From IMG/VR virus record IMGVR_UViG_3300045988_162923: 64,000 nt of DNA. One strand, given 5' to 3'. The number at the start of each line of letters is the position of its first letter. Position 1 is the first letter of the stretch. The stretch comes from a virus. Both the position numbers and the translations under genes were made by a program. Shown here piece by piece: positions 11,721-23,494 of this stretch. The notes below the pieces were generated by a model that saw nothing but the letters and a program-made list of their open reading frames with translations, was not told the DNA's origin and made no database searches.

Positions 11721-11903
11721 GCTAAGAATTTCTTGAACCATTTCATCAATAATGGTAATATCTTCCAAACTATCAACGTGACTTGAGTATTCCATAATCT
11801 AGTTCTATGCTTTATGAATCTAATCTTTATCAGTGCTAGTTTGAACAACTAATTCAGCCTAAGCAATCTTTTTAGCTAAATTCTTGAGTTCTTTAGTTTT
11901 CAT
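11703..11903 (-). CDS. small hypothetical protein (66 aa, 4 TAG)
   Basis: ATG at 11903; frame open through 4 TAG to TAA at 11703. Confidence 0.25.
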
Positions 11904-11961
11904 TTAAAAAATTTCATCCTTAATTTTTACAAATTTATTTTACAATATTTTTTTCTTTTTG

Positions 11962-13167
11962 TCAAAATAATGCGCTCAAAGTACAATCTTCAAGATTCTT
12001 ATCATCTCTGAATCCTTTAAAAAACCCATGACGCAATGTATGCTCTTTACAATCTTTCTGCATACATTGAATAGAAACTACTTTATTAATATATAATTCT
12101 GGATTTGTTGAAAATTTTTCTTTTAATTCATCTGTTAATCCAGATGAAACAGTGCCTATTTCAACTATGTTTCCTTTATCATCCAAGGCGCCTAACTTCA
12201 TAGATGTCTTCCATCCATAATAGTATCCTTTTGTTACTGGCTGATAATACTTTTCATTATCTTCTAAAAAATTACTTCCATTAGTAGGAGGATTCTTCAA
12301 ATAATTTTGATAAAAGCTTCCTTTTACTAATCGTGGCTCTGACCACCCATTAAAGCAATGATCTTCTTCAAAACAATCATAAAATATTGGACTTTTTACT
12401 TCCCAATATTGCCATGTTTCAATTTCTTTTCCATCATAATAATGAGTTGCATCCTCAAATCCAATACAAATACAATCTAAGAAATCCATTTTTTTAATTT
12501 TAATTGAAGACCAAGCCGGTCTTTTATCTGGAGCGTATGGAGCATTTCTCTTTTTTAAGACAGCTCCTTCTTCTCCATTAGATAAAGCTTCCGCAGTAAA
12601 TTCTTGAATATTATTCTCAACTGCTTCTGCTAATTCCATAAAAGGATATTGACTTAGATTATATTTATTCCAAACTGATACCAGCACCTAATAGCGTGTC
12701 CAAGCACCCTCTTTTTGTAAATCAAATCCGTTAAACTTAATAATATCATGTAAATAAAAATGAATTAATCCGCTAGTTTGCTGACGTCTTATCGCTTCTG
12801 GCGCTAAACATCCCATAATTTTAGTTACATCTTTAGAAGTCTTGCCTGGATAATAAATTTCACCAATTAAGATAGTACCGCATGGAAGAATTTTAAGAGC
12901 TTCTTGAATATGAGGAACATTAGCTAATTTTTCAGTTAAAATTCCTGTTGTAGCACTAACATTTCTACTAAATAAATATTCATAATTATCAGTTTTTTCA
13001 AATTCATACCAATAACCATCTTTTTTTAATTCAGCAAAATAATCACCACTATTACAAGCATTTGGAAATAAATTTTCTTTTCCATCCGGTAATTTCCAAA
13101 TTTTCATTGCCTGAATACATTCTGCTTCAGGTGCATATTTGTCTAATAATTCTTTTGAAAAACTCAT
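11962..13167 (-). CDS. ATP-dependent DNA ligase (1 in-frame TAG)
   Basis: KxDG motif I AELKKDGYWYE; motif IV EGAVLKK; motif V KIK. ORFs 12688..13167 and 11962..12687 are in one frame joined by TAG at 12688-12690. Confidence 0.8.
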
Positions 13168-13237
13168 TTAAAATTTCTCCATATTTCTTATCTTTAATAA
13201 TATTATATAAAAAAAATTTCAAAAAATCAACCGAAGG

Positions 13238-13268
13238 AGAATTTATTTCTCCTTCGGTTATCCTTTAA
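13238..13268 (-). terminator. terminator hairpin
   Basis: AACCGAAGGAGAAATAAATTCTCCTTCGGTT after the topoisomerase A gene stop, followed by T-rich run. Confidence 0.5.
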
Positions 13269-15640
13269 ACCTTGGTTACAGATTTAATTGACCCACTTTT
13301 AATCATTTGATTGCCAATAGAAGTACGACCTAATGCTGGAATATCTTTCGCAGAAATACAAATAGATGCACTATTACCGCTAATCAATAAATTATCATTA
13401 TCGTCAATTAAAGAAGCTGAAATTACATTTCCAGTGCTTGCAGTTGGTTTATAAATATATAATCCCTTACCACCACGCTTTTGAATTGTAATTTCAGTTA
13501 ATGGAACTTTTTTACCCATTCCTCCGGTTGTAAAAACAGCTAAACTATCAGTGTCATGGCGAATCGGTAAAGCCATTACAACTTCATCGCCTTCACTCAG
13601 AGTAATACCTTTAATACCATATGTACTTCTGGATGTTGGTGTAATTTCAGATGAATTAAATCTAATAATATAACCATTTTTAGTCAATAACAGAATAGGT
13701 TCATTATCAATTAATGATACTGAAGCCAATCCATCATTTTCTCTAAGAGCGATTGCCGCAATACCAGTTTTCTTTTTAGTTTTAATATATTCATCTAAAG
13801 TAGTCTTTTTTACCAAACCATTTTTAGTTGTAAATAAAACATATTTAGCATTAGTATCTCTATAAATAGAATACATTGTCGCTGGATTTTCATCAACTGC
13901 CATATTTACTAAAGATTTAATAGATTGACCTACTGAGGTGTTTGTACCAATAGGAATATTATCTACCAATAGACGATACATAATCCCTTTATCAGAAAAA
14001 ATCATTAAATTATCAATAGTATTTGTTCTTAATACGCAAGAAGTAATATCATCCTGAGATTTAATACCTTTACCATTTTTCTTTTGAGTGCGGAATGAAG
14101 AAGTAGGAATTCGTTTAATACTACCACCTTCAGTCATTACAACAACACATTTTTCGGGTTCAACAAATTCAATCTCTTTTTCTTCTTTAGTAATTGCTAC
14201 TTGAGTAATTGTACTACGACGTTCATCGCCATAATTTTTCTCAATCTCTGTATAAATATTTTTCATTTCAGGGATTGGATTAGCCAAGATATTATTTAAA
14301 TGGTCTAATTCTTTAACTAAATTATTCTTTTCCTCTTGGATTTCAACTTTTTCCAATTTAGCTAATTTAGCTAATTTCATATCAAGAATTGCCTTTGCTT
14401 GAGCTTCTGATAAATTATATTGATTAATTAAATTAACTTTTGCTGCTGCCGCAGATTCACTCTTTTTAATTAACGCAATAACATTATCAATATCTTCAAG
14501 AGCAATTAATAATCCATCTAAAATATGAATTCTAGCACGAATTTTTTCTGCTTCAAAATTAGTTTTTCTAATTAAAACATCTTTTTGATGTTCATTATAA
14601 ATTTCCAATAATCGTTTAAGATTAAGTATTTCAGGCTTTTTATTAACCAATGCGACTTGATTAATACTATAAGTATCTTCTAAACGAGTATTTTTAAATA
14701 ATTTTGAAATAATAGGTTCAGCAGAAATGCCTTTTGCCAATTCAATTACAAAACGAACACCTTGAATATTACTTTCATCACGAATTGCTGTAATACCTTC
14801 AAGAGTTCCATCTTCACATAATTTATCAATATCTAAAATTAACTGAGTTTTAGATACTTTATAAGGAATACTGGTAAATACAATACTATCTTGTCCTTTA
14901 TTACTTTCAATAGTATATTCTCCACGGATTCGGGCGCGCCCTTTACCAGTAATATAGGTATTTAATAATTCATCTTTATTAATAATCATTCCACCTGTTG
15001 GGAAATCAGGACCTTTAATAAAAGTTAATAAATCTTTAATTTCACAAGTAGGATTATCCAAAAGATATTTAGCAGCATCCATAACTTCATTTAAATTATG
15101 AGGGGCAAAAGAACAAGCCATAGCAACTGCGATACCAGAAGTACCATTAACTAATAGATTAGGAATACGTCCCGGCAAATATATAGGTTCTTCTTCTTCA
15201 TCAGTATATGCTAATTGCCAATCAGAAGTGTTTTTCTTAATATCGGCAAGCATTTCTTCGCCCATTTTAGATAATTTACACTCAGTATAACGATAAGCCG
15301 CGGCTTCATCTCCATCGCGGCCACCATTATTTCCATGGAAAGAGATTAAAGGATAACGCATATTCCATGGCTGACTTAACCATACTAATGCTCCATAAAT
15401 AGAATTATCACCATGAGGATGGAATCGACCCATTGTATCTCCTACTGGCTGAGCACACTTAACGAATTTCTTATTATTAAAATATCCTTTATCGAACATA
15501 TCCCATAAAATTCGTCTTGCTACTGGCTTTAATCCATCTTCAGCAGAAGGAATAGCTCTATCTGTAATAACACTTAGACTATAATCAAGGAATGATTGTT
15601 CTACTTCATGAATAATTGGAGTTTGTAAAATTTCACCCAT
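13265..15640 (-). CDS. type II DNA topoisomerase, A (breakage-reunion) subunit, GyrA/ParC/T4 gp52-like
   Basis: EDGLKPVARRILWDMF; active-site AAYRYTECKLS; 791-aa intact ORF. Confidence 0.85.
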   Translation of the reverse strand: MGEILQTPIIHEVEQSFLDYSLSVITDRAIPSAEDGLKPVARRILWDMFDKGYFNNKKFVKCAQPVGDTMGRFHPHGDNSIYGALVWLSQPWNMRYPLISFHGNNGGRDGDEAAAYRYTECKLSKMGEEMLADIKKNTSDWQLAYTDEEEEPIYLPGRIPNLLVNGTSGIAVAMACSFAPHNLNEVMDAAKYLLDNPTCEIKDLLTFIKGPDFPTGGMIINKDELLNTYITGKGRARIRGEYTIESNKGQDSIVFTSIPYKVSKTQLILDIDKLCEDGTLEGITAIRDESNIQGVRFVIELAKGISAEPIISKLFKNTRLEDTYSINQVALVNKKPEILNLKRLLEIYNEHQKDVLIRKTNFEAEKIRARIHILDGLLIALEDIDNVIALIKKSESAAAAKVNLINQYNLSEAQAKAILDMKLAKLAKLEKVEIQEEKNNLVKELDHLNNILANPIPEMKNIYTEIEKNYGDERRSTITQVAITKEEKEIEFVEPEKCVVVMTEGGSIKRIPTSSFRTQKKNGKGIKSQDDITSCVLRTNTIDNLMIFSDKGIMYRLLVDNIPIGTNTSVGQSIKSLVNMAVDENPATMYSIYRDTNAKYVLFTTKNGLVKKTTLDEYIKTKKKTGIAAIALRENDGLASVSLIDNEPILLLTKNGYIIRFNSSEITPTSRSTYGIKGITLSEGDEVVMALPIRHDTDSLAVFTTGGMGKKVPLTEITIQKRGGKGLYIYKPTASTGNVISASLIDDNDNLLISGNSASICISAKDIPALGRTSIGNQMIKSGSIKSVTKV

Positions 15641-16097
15641 ATTTTTTCATAGCCTCCTCTGGACTAATCTTGCCTGTGGCTAATTGATCAGCCAATTCAT
15701 TCCATATATGGCCAGAATGTCCTTGAATTTTTCTTAAATCAATTGCTCTTTCTCCAGTTGTAGTTAAATCATAATAAGTTTTAATCAAATCTAAATTTTC
15801 TGGTGATTTTTTATCACTTTTAATCCAATTATTTCGTTGCCACGAATACATCCATTTAGTAAAAGTATTAACACAGTAATTAGAATCACTGTAAACCACA
15901 ACATTTGGTTCGTCTCCATATTGGATTAACGCATATAAAATTGCTTTTAATTCTTCTTTGTTATTTGTTGTATTTTGAGACATTTTGCTATAAGTAGCAA
16001 TTAAATGTTCATCTTTAACTACTACTACACCAAAACCGCCATTATTATTTATAGAACCGTTTTTAGAACAAGATCCGTCAGTATAAATTACTAGCAT
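15633..16097 (-). CDS. rnh: ribonuclease H
   Basis: RNase HI pattern MLVIYTDGSCS...GFGVVVV...NNKEELKA...VVVYSDSNY. Confidence 0.75.
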   Translation of the reverse strand: MLVIYTDGSCSKNGSINNNGGFGVVVVKDEHLIATYSKMSQNTTNNKEELKAILYALIQYGDEPNVVVYSDSNYCVNTFTKWMYSWQRNNWIKSDKKSPENLDLIKTYYDLTTTGERAIDLRKIQGHSGHIWNELADQLATGKISPEEAMKKYG

Positions 16098-16310
16098 AAA
16101 TCCTCCAAGTTAATTAAAAATGGATTCGTATCTATTTTGTCAGTAAATACAGTAAATCCTTCTACTAATTCATTATTAATAATACTTACCTAATTAGAAG
16201 GAAATAGTTGAGTTAATGACTAATAAATCTATCGAGCCATATCAGGTGATACTCTATCACTGATATGAGCTAATAAAGTATCACCAGGGTGTAAAACTAT
16301 TGCTTCAATA

Positions 16311-18260
16311 TTAAACATCAACATTAGCCCTTTCTGCATTCTTTTCAATAAAATCTTTTCTTGGAGTTACTGCTTCGCCCATTAAACTCATAAAAGTCTT
16401 AGCAACAGCAGTTGCATCTTCCATAGTAATTTGTTTTAAAGTTCTTGTCTCAGGATTCATAACTGTTTCTTCCATCTCAGGAGGATCCATTTCGCCAAGA
16501 CCTTTCATACGACCAAGTTCAAATTTCTTAGTTGTATTTTTGCGGAATTTTTCTAATGCATCATCGTCTTTTAGATATTGGATTTTTGTTCCAATAGTAG
16601 CCTTATAAAGAGGAGGAACTGCCGCATAAATATATCCTTTTTCAATTAACTCTGGACAGAATTTCCAAATAAAAGTTAAGAACAAAATACGAATATGACT
16701 GCCATCAACATCAGCATCGGCGGTAATAATAATTTTACCGTATCGTAATTTAGATTCATCTAAAATAACTTTTCCATCTTTTACTTCAAGTCCAAAAGCA
16801 TCAATCATTCCACTAATTTCTTTATTCTGTAATGCTTTATGTAAGTCAGCTTTTAAAACATTCAAAATCTTACCGCGTAATTGGAATACTGCTTGAGTAG
16901 AACGATTTCGTGCTTCTTTTGTCGAACCCGCAGCAGATTTACCTTCTACAAGGAAAACTTCACATTTATAACGTTCCTTAGAAGAAGCATCTGCTAAAAC
17001 ATCTGGCATAACTACTCGACGTTTATTATCAACTTTGCGTACTGTTTCTTTTGCTTTCTTTGCCTTTTCACGAGCTGCGCGTGCTAATAATGCTTTATCT
17101 ACGATTGCCTTTGCATCTTTTGGATTGCCTTCTAACCAAGTCTTTAAATCTTTAGAAACCAATCTTTGAACAATAGTTCTTGCTTCGCTACTGGATAAAA
17201 CATCTTTAGTTTGTCCAGAAAATACTGGATCAGGCATAATAAAAGAAAGAACTAAAGTTAAACCTTCCTTTAATTCTTCGCCGGTAATATTGCTATCTTT
17301 TTCTTTTAAAAGATTTTTTTCACGAGCATAATCATTAATAGAAGTTGTTAAAGCAGTTCTAAATCCAGTTAAATGAGTGCCACCACTGTTTGGAATAGAA
17401 TTAGTATAAAGTTTATAAGTATCAATATAAGTATCATTATATTGTAAAGCAATTTTAACACCAATCCTATCTTCAATATTTTCAGTGTAAAATACAGAAG
17501 TTAAAGTATTTTTATTATTATTCAAATCTTTAATGTAGTCAAGAATACCATTATTAGATTGAATAGTTTCTTCTTCTTTATCTTTATACTTTAATGTAAA
17601 TTTCAATCCAGGAGATAGATAAGCTAATTCTTGAATTTGTTTCTTTAAAGCAGTATAGTCTAAATCAATTCCTTCTTTAAAGATTTTTGAATCAGGAATA
17701 AAACTTACAATAGTTCCAGTTTTAAAATTATATTTATTAATATCATTAGTTACTTCATATTTAAGTAATTTACCTTCTTTAAAAGAAGCATATGCTACTT
17801 TATTATCTCTGATTGAAGTAACAGTAAAAGACTCTGATAACGCATTTGTAGCTTTCGCACCGACACCATTCATACCACCTGAAGTATTATATCCTGTGCG
17901 ACCATCAGAGTCAAACTTTGCGCCAGTATGTAATTTAGTATAAATATTTACTAAAGTTTCACTACCATCTTTAGCTTTTCCAAAAGGGACACCACGTCCA
18001 TTATCAGAAATAGTAATATTATTATCATTTGTAACTTGAATATTACATTCAGTACAATATCCATTTAAGTATTCATCAACAGCATTAGAAATAATTTCGA
18101 GCGTAATATGTCTAACTCCATCAGGCCCAACTGATCCGATGAACATACCAGGCCTAATACGAATTGCTTCCATACCCTCTAATGTTCGAATATCTTTTAT
18201 GCCGTAATCTTCTTTTCCTTTTTTCAATAAAATTTCTTCACTCAATCTAAATACCTCCAA
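16311..18260 (-). CDS. type II DNA topoisomerase, B (ATPase plus TOPRIM) subunit, GyrB/T4 gp39-like
   Basis: GHKL ATPase N-terminus; TOPRIM VFLVEGKSAAGS (EGDSA motif); 649 aa. Confidence 0.85.
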   Translation of the reverse strand: MEVFRLSEEILLKKGKEDYGIKDIRTLEGMEAIRIRPGMFIGSVGPDGVRHITLEIISNAVDEYLNGYCTECNIQVTNDNNITISDNGRGVPFGKAKDGSETLVNIYTKLHTGAKFDSDGRTGYNTSGGMNGVGAKATNALSESFTVTSIRDNKVAYASFKEGKLLKYEVTNDINKYNFKTGTIVSFIPDSKIFKEGIDLDYTALKKQIQELAYLSPGLKFTLKYKDKEEETIQSNNGILDYIKDLNNNKNTLTSVFYTENIEDRIGVKIALQYNDTYIDTYKLYTNSIPNSGGTHLTGFRTALTTSINDYAREKNLLKEKDSNITGEELKEGLTLVLSFIMPDPVFSGQTKDVLSSSEARTIVQRLVSKDLKTWLEGNPKDAKAIVDKALLARAAREKAKKAKETVRKVDNKRRVVMPDVLADASSKERYKCEVFLVEGKSAAGSTKEARNRSTQAVFQLRGKILNVLKADLHKALQNKEISGMIDAFGLEVKDGKVILDESKLRYGKIIITADADVDGSHIRILFLTFIWKFCPELIEKGYIYAAVPPLYKATIGTKIQYLKDDDALEKFRKNTTKKFELGRMKGLGEMDPPEMEETVMNPETRTLKQITMEDATAVAKTFMSLMGEAVTPRKDFIEKNAERANVDV

Positions 18261-18991
18261 ATATAATTTTTATGAGAATTTCTTTTTCCTCTACATACGG
18301 CAGATATTGTTGAGGAATTTCCTCCGCAAAATTGAGCAGCCAATTGGAGGCTATCAAACTCTTGGATAAGATTATTATTCTTATCATATGCTCCAACTCT
18401 ACGACTGGTTTTTGTGATTCTATTACTTTGGACTTGATTAACTTTCACTTCTGGTTCAATAATTTGATTTTTTTCATCTAAAAATCTAAATATCCTATTT
18501 CCTGTGGTTAATCTAATTCCATTACATACATTACTAATTTTAAATCTATTTAAATTAGTTTTTTCTCCTGCTTCAGCCAATGAATTCCAAATGTTTAAAA
18601 TATTTCTATTTTTATCAATTTCACATACTTTTTTCCCATATTTTTCTCTTTTTGTATTACTCATTTTTTTAGCAATCTAAGGGTCAAACATAGGACTCTC
18701 TGTATTATTAGTCTAATTATATCCTTTTGGGAAAACACAATCTTCTTTAATAATATAATTATGTTCTATTTCAATCATATTTTCCCAACTAATAGTATTA
18801 TCAATAATTTCAAATATAAAATTTTCTACGCCATATTTACGAAAATCTTCCATTAATGGATAATTATAATGGTGGTCTTTTGGATTTTTAGAAGCTCCAA
18901 TATGGTGTCTCCAACGACGCTATACGTCAATTGATGACCCAATATATATTTTATTATTTATTTTATTTGTAATTTTATAAATCTGATACAT
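18242..18991 (-). CDS. GIY-YIG homing endonuclease (N-terminal GIY-YIG, C-terminal tandem HTH/NUMOD-like DNA-binding repeats; 3 TAG)
   Basis: MYQIYKITNKINNKIYIGSSIDV-Q-RRWRHH. Frame continues via TAG into table ORF 18242..18664 (two ...S.VC.G.R...GY.WRY repeats). ATG at 18991. Confidence 0.7.
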
Positions 18992-19074
18992 AGAAATTCT
19001 TCACAACCTTTCTATTATATCTTAAAATTATTTATATGATATTTTATACATTCCTGTCCAATTCCAGGTCAAAA

Positions 19075-19299
19075 TTAACCACATTCATATTCACTATAAG
19101 TAATTTTTTCAAAATCTTCTTTAGAAATTTCTGGCAAAGTATATAAATGACCATTAGCTTTATTATTATAATAAAATAAAAAACTATTGTAATCGTGATT
19201 TTTTATCGCAATTTCTATACTATTTATTACAGTTGGTATATATCCTCTGGAGAGATGGTCATACCAATAATAAGTAAAATTATTAATATTTTTTTCCAT
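19075..19299 (-). CDS. hypothetical protein (74 aa)
   Basis: Intact ORF. Confidence 0.3.
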   Translation of the reverse strand: MEKNINNFTYYWYDHLSRGYIPTVINSIEIAIKNHDYNSFLFYYNNKANGHLYTLPEISKEDFEKITYSEYECG

Positions 19300-19515
19300 T
19301 AAATTTCTCCTTAATTTAAAAATAATAATTATATTTATATATATATTTTATAAATATATTATAGCAAAATATTTTAAAAAAGTCAAAAATCGTGGCTTAA
19401 AGTGCCTATTTATATCAAATTTGACAGAAAGAAAAAAATATTTTACTATATTAATAGATAAATTAATTTGAATAAAAAAAAATAAAGGATAGCCTAATAG
19501 GCTATCCTTTATTTA

Positions 19516-19935
19516 TTAAATACCATAATCAGTATCTAAAACTGAACTATCTTGTGTATCAGTATAAGTCGTAGTATTACTACTTGAAGAAGAATTAAAT
19601 AAATCGTTCAAAACTTCATTGAAATCAGTATTATTAGAAGTCATATTATGATATTTTTCATAAGCTTGGTCTAATTCTTTTAATACTGTTTCATATTTAA
19701 TACCATTTTTAGAATTTTCAATCATTGATTTTTTATAATAAAAAACTTGGCTTACTCCATAAGCTGCCCAAGGAAGACTAGCACTTGCCGTAATCCAAGG
19801 TAATGATCCTGTATAGCCATTACTAATACAATAAAATGCTAATACAATATAGGCTAAACTTGTAATCCAAATTAAAGCAGATTCTTGAATCAATAAGCTT
19901 TTAGAAAATTCTTTTTTATTTTTTCTATATCTCAT
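19516..19935 (-). CDS. membrane protein, holin candidate
   Basis: Predicted TM helices (LIWITSLAYIVLAFYCI, LPWAAYGVSQVFYY) two genes upstream of the endolysin; terminator hairpin at 19470-19510. Confidence 0.4.
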   Translation of the reverse strand: MRYRKNKKEFSKSLLIQESALIWITSLAYIVLAFYCISNGYTGSLPWITASASLPWAAYGVSQVFYYKKSMIENSKNGIKYETVLKELDQAYEKYHNMTSNNTDFNEVLNDLFNSSSSSNTTTYTDTQDSSVLDTDYGI

Positions 19936-20153
19936 TATGTTAAAGATTTATCCTTTAAAATACGATATAAAACTGTAATCATTTCTTCACGAGTCATAAA
20001 CTTCTTATACATTTTACGGCCTTTTTCATCGCCTTTAATATATCCATTTTTTTCTGCCCAAAGACGAGCATCTGTAGAATAAGTATTAGGATTTTTTTCA
20101 GCTAATTCAGTTAAATAATTATTCATCATTTCATTGAATGTTTCTTGTGTCAT
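19935..20153 (-). CDS. hypothetical protein (72 aa) in lysis cassette
   Basis: Intact ORF between holin candidate and endolysin. Confidence 0.3.
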   Translation of the reverse strand: MTQETFNEMMNNYLTELAEKNPNTYSTDARLWAEKNGYIKGDEKGRKMYKKFMTREEMITVLYRILKDKSLT

Positions 20154-20180
20154 ATCTTCATCCTCCTCAACAACTCCAAG

Positions 20181-21239
20181 CTAAGCATTGACCTTAGCAG
20201 CAATATCTCCATGACGACTATATAAATATTCGCCAGGACAAGATTTATTAGCATAATCTCTATGAACTGTCATATTACATCCATTTAAATGATTTACTCT
20301 ATCATTTTTATTAGTAGACCATACTAATTTTTTTATATTATTTCTTTTACAAATATCAACTAGAAGTTTAATTAAAGCCGCATATGCTTTATCAGTAACG
20401 GCATATGGACTTGTAGTATCACTAGCTACTTCAATAGTAATAGCACGATTATCATTAGCTCCATTAGAAGAGCACCATGAACGATCTTTTTCTTCAACAT
20501 ACATACCGATTCTACCATCAGGGCCAATACCATAATTAGAAGAAGCCTGTCTTGATGTTGGCGCAAATACGTTTCCAAGAGCTTCAACAGAACATTGTCC
20601 AACTACACAGTGAATTGTAACAGTATCAATTACATGATTACGAGGACTGGTTTTATTAGGACTAATCTTAGTATAATTAACTAAAGGACTATTAGTTTTA
20701 CCAAATCCATATTGGTTACTTGTATCAGTATCAACGTCTCCAGTGTCTGTTACTGCTGGATTATAAATAAATCCAAGAAATTTATATCCAGAGCCTGCGC
20801 CCCAGTTACCATTTCCTTTTTCACGAGTAGCATTCCAGAATGGATTTTTACTGCCCCAGCCGCTTTCAGAAGTCATAATTTTTGTAGGGCTATAAATTTT
20901 TTCAACAATAGCAACATGTCCAACACCGTCTCCACTATTTAAAGTGGGGCCGCCTCGCCATACCATACAAGCTCCAAGTTTTGGAGTCTATCCCATTGGA
21001 ATACCAGTATTATTATATTGCGGAAAACGTTCAGCATTAACTGGACTTAAATATTTACAATATCCATACCCGCCGATTTCATTAAAACGACCATATGCGT
21101 ATCCAACACAATTACTTAAAACATCATTCTATTTATCTGTTGGACTGCCTTTAATAGCATAAGAATACCCACCATTAGCTTTAGTAATATAATATTTATT
21201 ACCAGCTTCTGGACGAGTTGTTCTCATTTTAAAAGCCAT
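20181..21239 (-). CDS. endolysin: CHAP peptidase plus amidase_2 (N-acetylmuramoyl-L-alanine amidase) domains, 2 TAG
   Basis: N-terminal CHAP-like NCVGYAYGR...GHVAIVEKIY. C-terminal amidase_2 TIHCVVGQ...HRDYANKSCPGEYL. ATG at 21239 is in frame with table ORF 20181..20966. Confidence 0.8.
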
Positions 21240-21307
21240 ATATATTCCTCCTTTTTAAGGTTATAAAATTAGCCAAAAGAGAATTTAACTCTTTTGGCTA
21301 AATAAAA

Positions 21308-22564
21308 TCACATATTTTCAGCAATGCGTGCTATAGCAGAACGATGTATATTCTTTAATTCAATTTCGCCATATACATCAGTTCCTCTAAAAATTTTAGA
21401 AGCTCTACGCATACCATTATTAGCACCAGCAAATGAAATATCATCAACCTAAGTTTTATCATCACCGTCAATGATACAAATACTATCACTACCAATACGT
21501 TGTAAAGCTAATTTCATCAAAGAAATATCCATATTCTATGCTTCTGAAATATAAATACCAGCACGCATACCAGTGGTATCATAACCACGAATATCACTTA
21601 AAGGTAAAAGAATTAATTTTTCTTGTTCAATCATTTGTTCAACTACTATTCTTCCACCAAATTTACTGGTTAATAAATTACCAATTTGAGAATCTAATAA
21701 TTTTTCATCTCTAGTTCCAGGATAATATCCTAATTTAGCAGAATTTTTAGTAGCTATAGTGTTACAGAAAATAATTATTTTATCAATGCGGCCTTTTTCA
21801 AGCTAATTTAATAAGAATGCTAGACTCAAATAAGTTTTACCTGAGCCTGCTGGACCTCGTACCATTGTTATAGTATTATTTAAAAGGCTATCTGCAAATA
21901 ATGCTTGATAGGCATCCTCTTTTATTGGTTTAATTTTACCGAACCATTTAGAATCAAAATTGCCATAGACTATTTGACGATATTTTTCTCCTGTCCAACA
22001 TCTTTTATCTACAACTTGACCATCATCATCTTTAATTAATAGGTATTCTCCTACTAATAAATCAAAATAATTTTCTTCTTGATTAGAATAAAAATCAACC
22101 ATAGCTTCATTATTCATAGTTACTTCTAAATAACCTGTATATTCATCTAATGTATCTTCATTAATACTTTCTATATTAGTATCAAAAAACAATTTTGCCA
22201 TTGTTTTTAATGACAAATCATTTGTTATAAAAATAGTATTAGGATGACATTCCTTAAAATTAATAGCGGTAGCTAAAATTCGTGTATCATCAGTAACTGG
22301 GAGATTCATTTCTTCTATAGCTTCTGTATAATGTACTTTGAATAAATGAATAAGATAATTATCAGAGTTCTCGTTTAATTTATGTAATAATTTACGAGCC
22401 GCATATTTTACATCAGGATCTTTATTACTTGATGTTTTTATATTTTCTAATTCATTTAAAGTAATTGAAGAAATTACTGGTATAGATTCTTTATCCTAAA
22501 ATAAAGTATCTACAACCATTAATAAGCTACAAGTGTCATAAAATTTATATATCTCAGTACTCAT
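21308..22564 (-). CDS. PhoH-like ATPase with N-terminal PIN domain (3 TAG)
   Basis: PIN-like FYDTCSLL; Walker A GPAGSGKTYLSLA; C-terminal PhoH region continues through TAG; TGA stop at 21308. Confidence 0.7.
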
Positions 22565-22796
22565 CATCATCTTCCTCTTCTTCATAATCTGGTGTGGCAA
22601 ATCCAATAGCATGGATGGAAGTGCTATTTTCATTAGCCAGTTTTTTGATTTGGGCATTATATTCTGTTGTTTTAACAGCAATTTTGCCCTTGACCATCTC
22701 GAAGAAAGCTACAATTACACTTATTAGGCTATCTCCTATGGGACATAAGTAAGCGATAAAAATCATTCCAAAAATAAATAGTAAGATAAATATCAC
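22554..22796 (-). CDS. small membrane protein with acidic C-terminus
   Basis: TM helix plus DYEEEEDDDEY tail. Confidence 0.3.
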   Translation of the reverse strand: MIFILLFIFGMIFIAYLCPIGDSLISVIVAFFEMVKGKIAVKTTEYNAQIKKLANENSTSIHAIGFATPDYEEEEDDDEY

Positions 22797-22865
22797 CCTT
22801 TCTTTAGAATTGTAAGAATAAAGGCTTAAATTCTCTTATTATTTATAAATATTAGTATAAAAATA

Positions 22866-23315
22866 TTACTCATTTTTGCCCTTGGCGCGATTCGCGCGGA
22901 TACGCTTATAGAATTTATCTTTTCCATCTATCCAATCTCTTAAATATTTTTGGTATGGTGGAATTAATTCATTTCTAATAAAATCTAAGTAATCTTCTCG
23001 TTCTCGAATCTGTCTCCGCAATGTTTTAGTTTCATAAGAATTATAATTAAAATTTTTAGATTGTGTCATTGAATAATATAATTGTTTTAGAGTTTTTAAT
23101 TCAGTCTTAACTTCTTCACGATGAACACGTAATAATTGAATTTGTAATCTCCATTCAGCAATGGTCATTCCAGTATTTTCATTCATCATATCTTGGTCTT
23201 CTGGATGACAATGTGCGATTCCAGTATATTTTATATTGTTATAATCACATGAACAAGTCGCGGTTCCAGTATCAGGGTCCCATTCATATTTAGCATTTTT
23301 TATTTTAAGTTCCAT
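22866..23315 (-). CDS. hypothetical protein (149 aa)
   Basis: Intact ORF; promoter motif at about 23345-23390. Confidence 0.35.
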   Translation of the reverse strand: MELKIKNAKYEWDPDTGTATCSCDYNNIKYTGIAHCHPEDQDMMNENTGMTIAEWRLQIQLLRVHREEVKTELKTLKQLYYSMTQSKNFNYNSYETKTLRRQIREREDYLDFIRNELIPPYQKYLRDWIDGKDKFYKRIRANRAKGKNE

Positions 23316-23448
23316 ATGTTACTCCTTTTATATATTTCTTTATATAATTATACCATTTTTTTTAAGTAAAATCAATATTCTGACCTTTTTGATCAAAAAA
23401 TTGCTAGCGTGCCAGAATTTCCGAACTACGGCCGATTTCGATATCTAA

Positions 23449-23494
23449 GCATAAAAAAATCCCTTATGAGATTTCTCTCATAAGGGATTGAGTA
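23449..23494 (-). terminator. terminator hairpin
   Basis: AATCCCTTATGAGAGAAATCTCATAAGGGATT after the flotillin-like gene stop. Confidence 0.5.

Noticed and set aside
16100-16324. Small TAG-containing ORF overlapping the topoisomerase B stop and the RNase H start
   Set aside because: No RBS, overlaps two well-supported genes and has no conserved motif; likely spurious.
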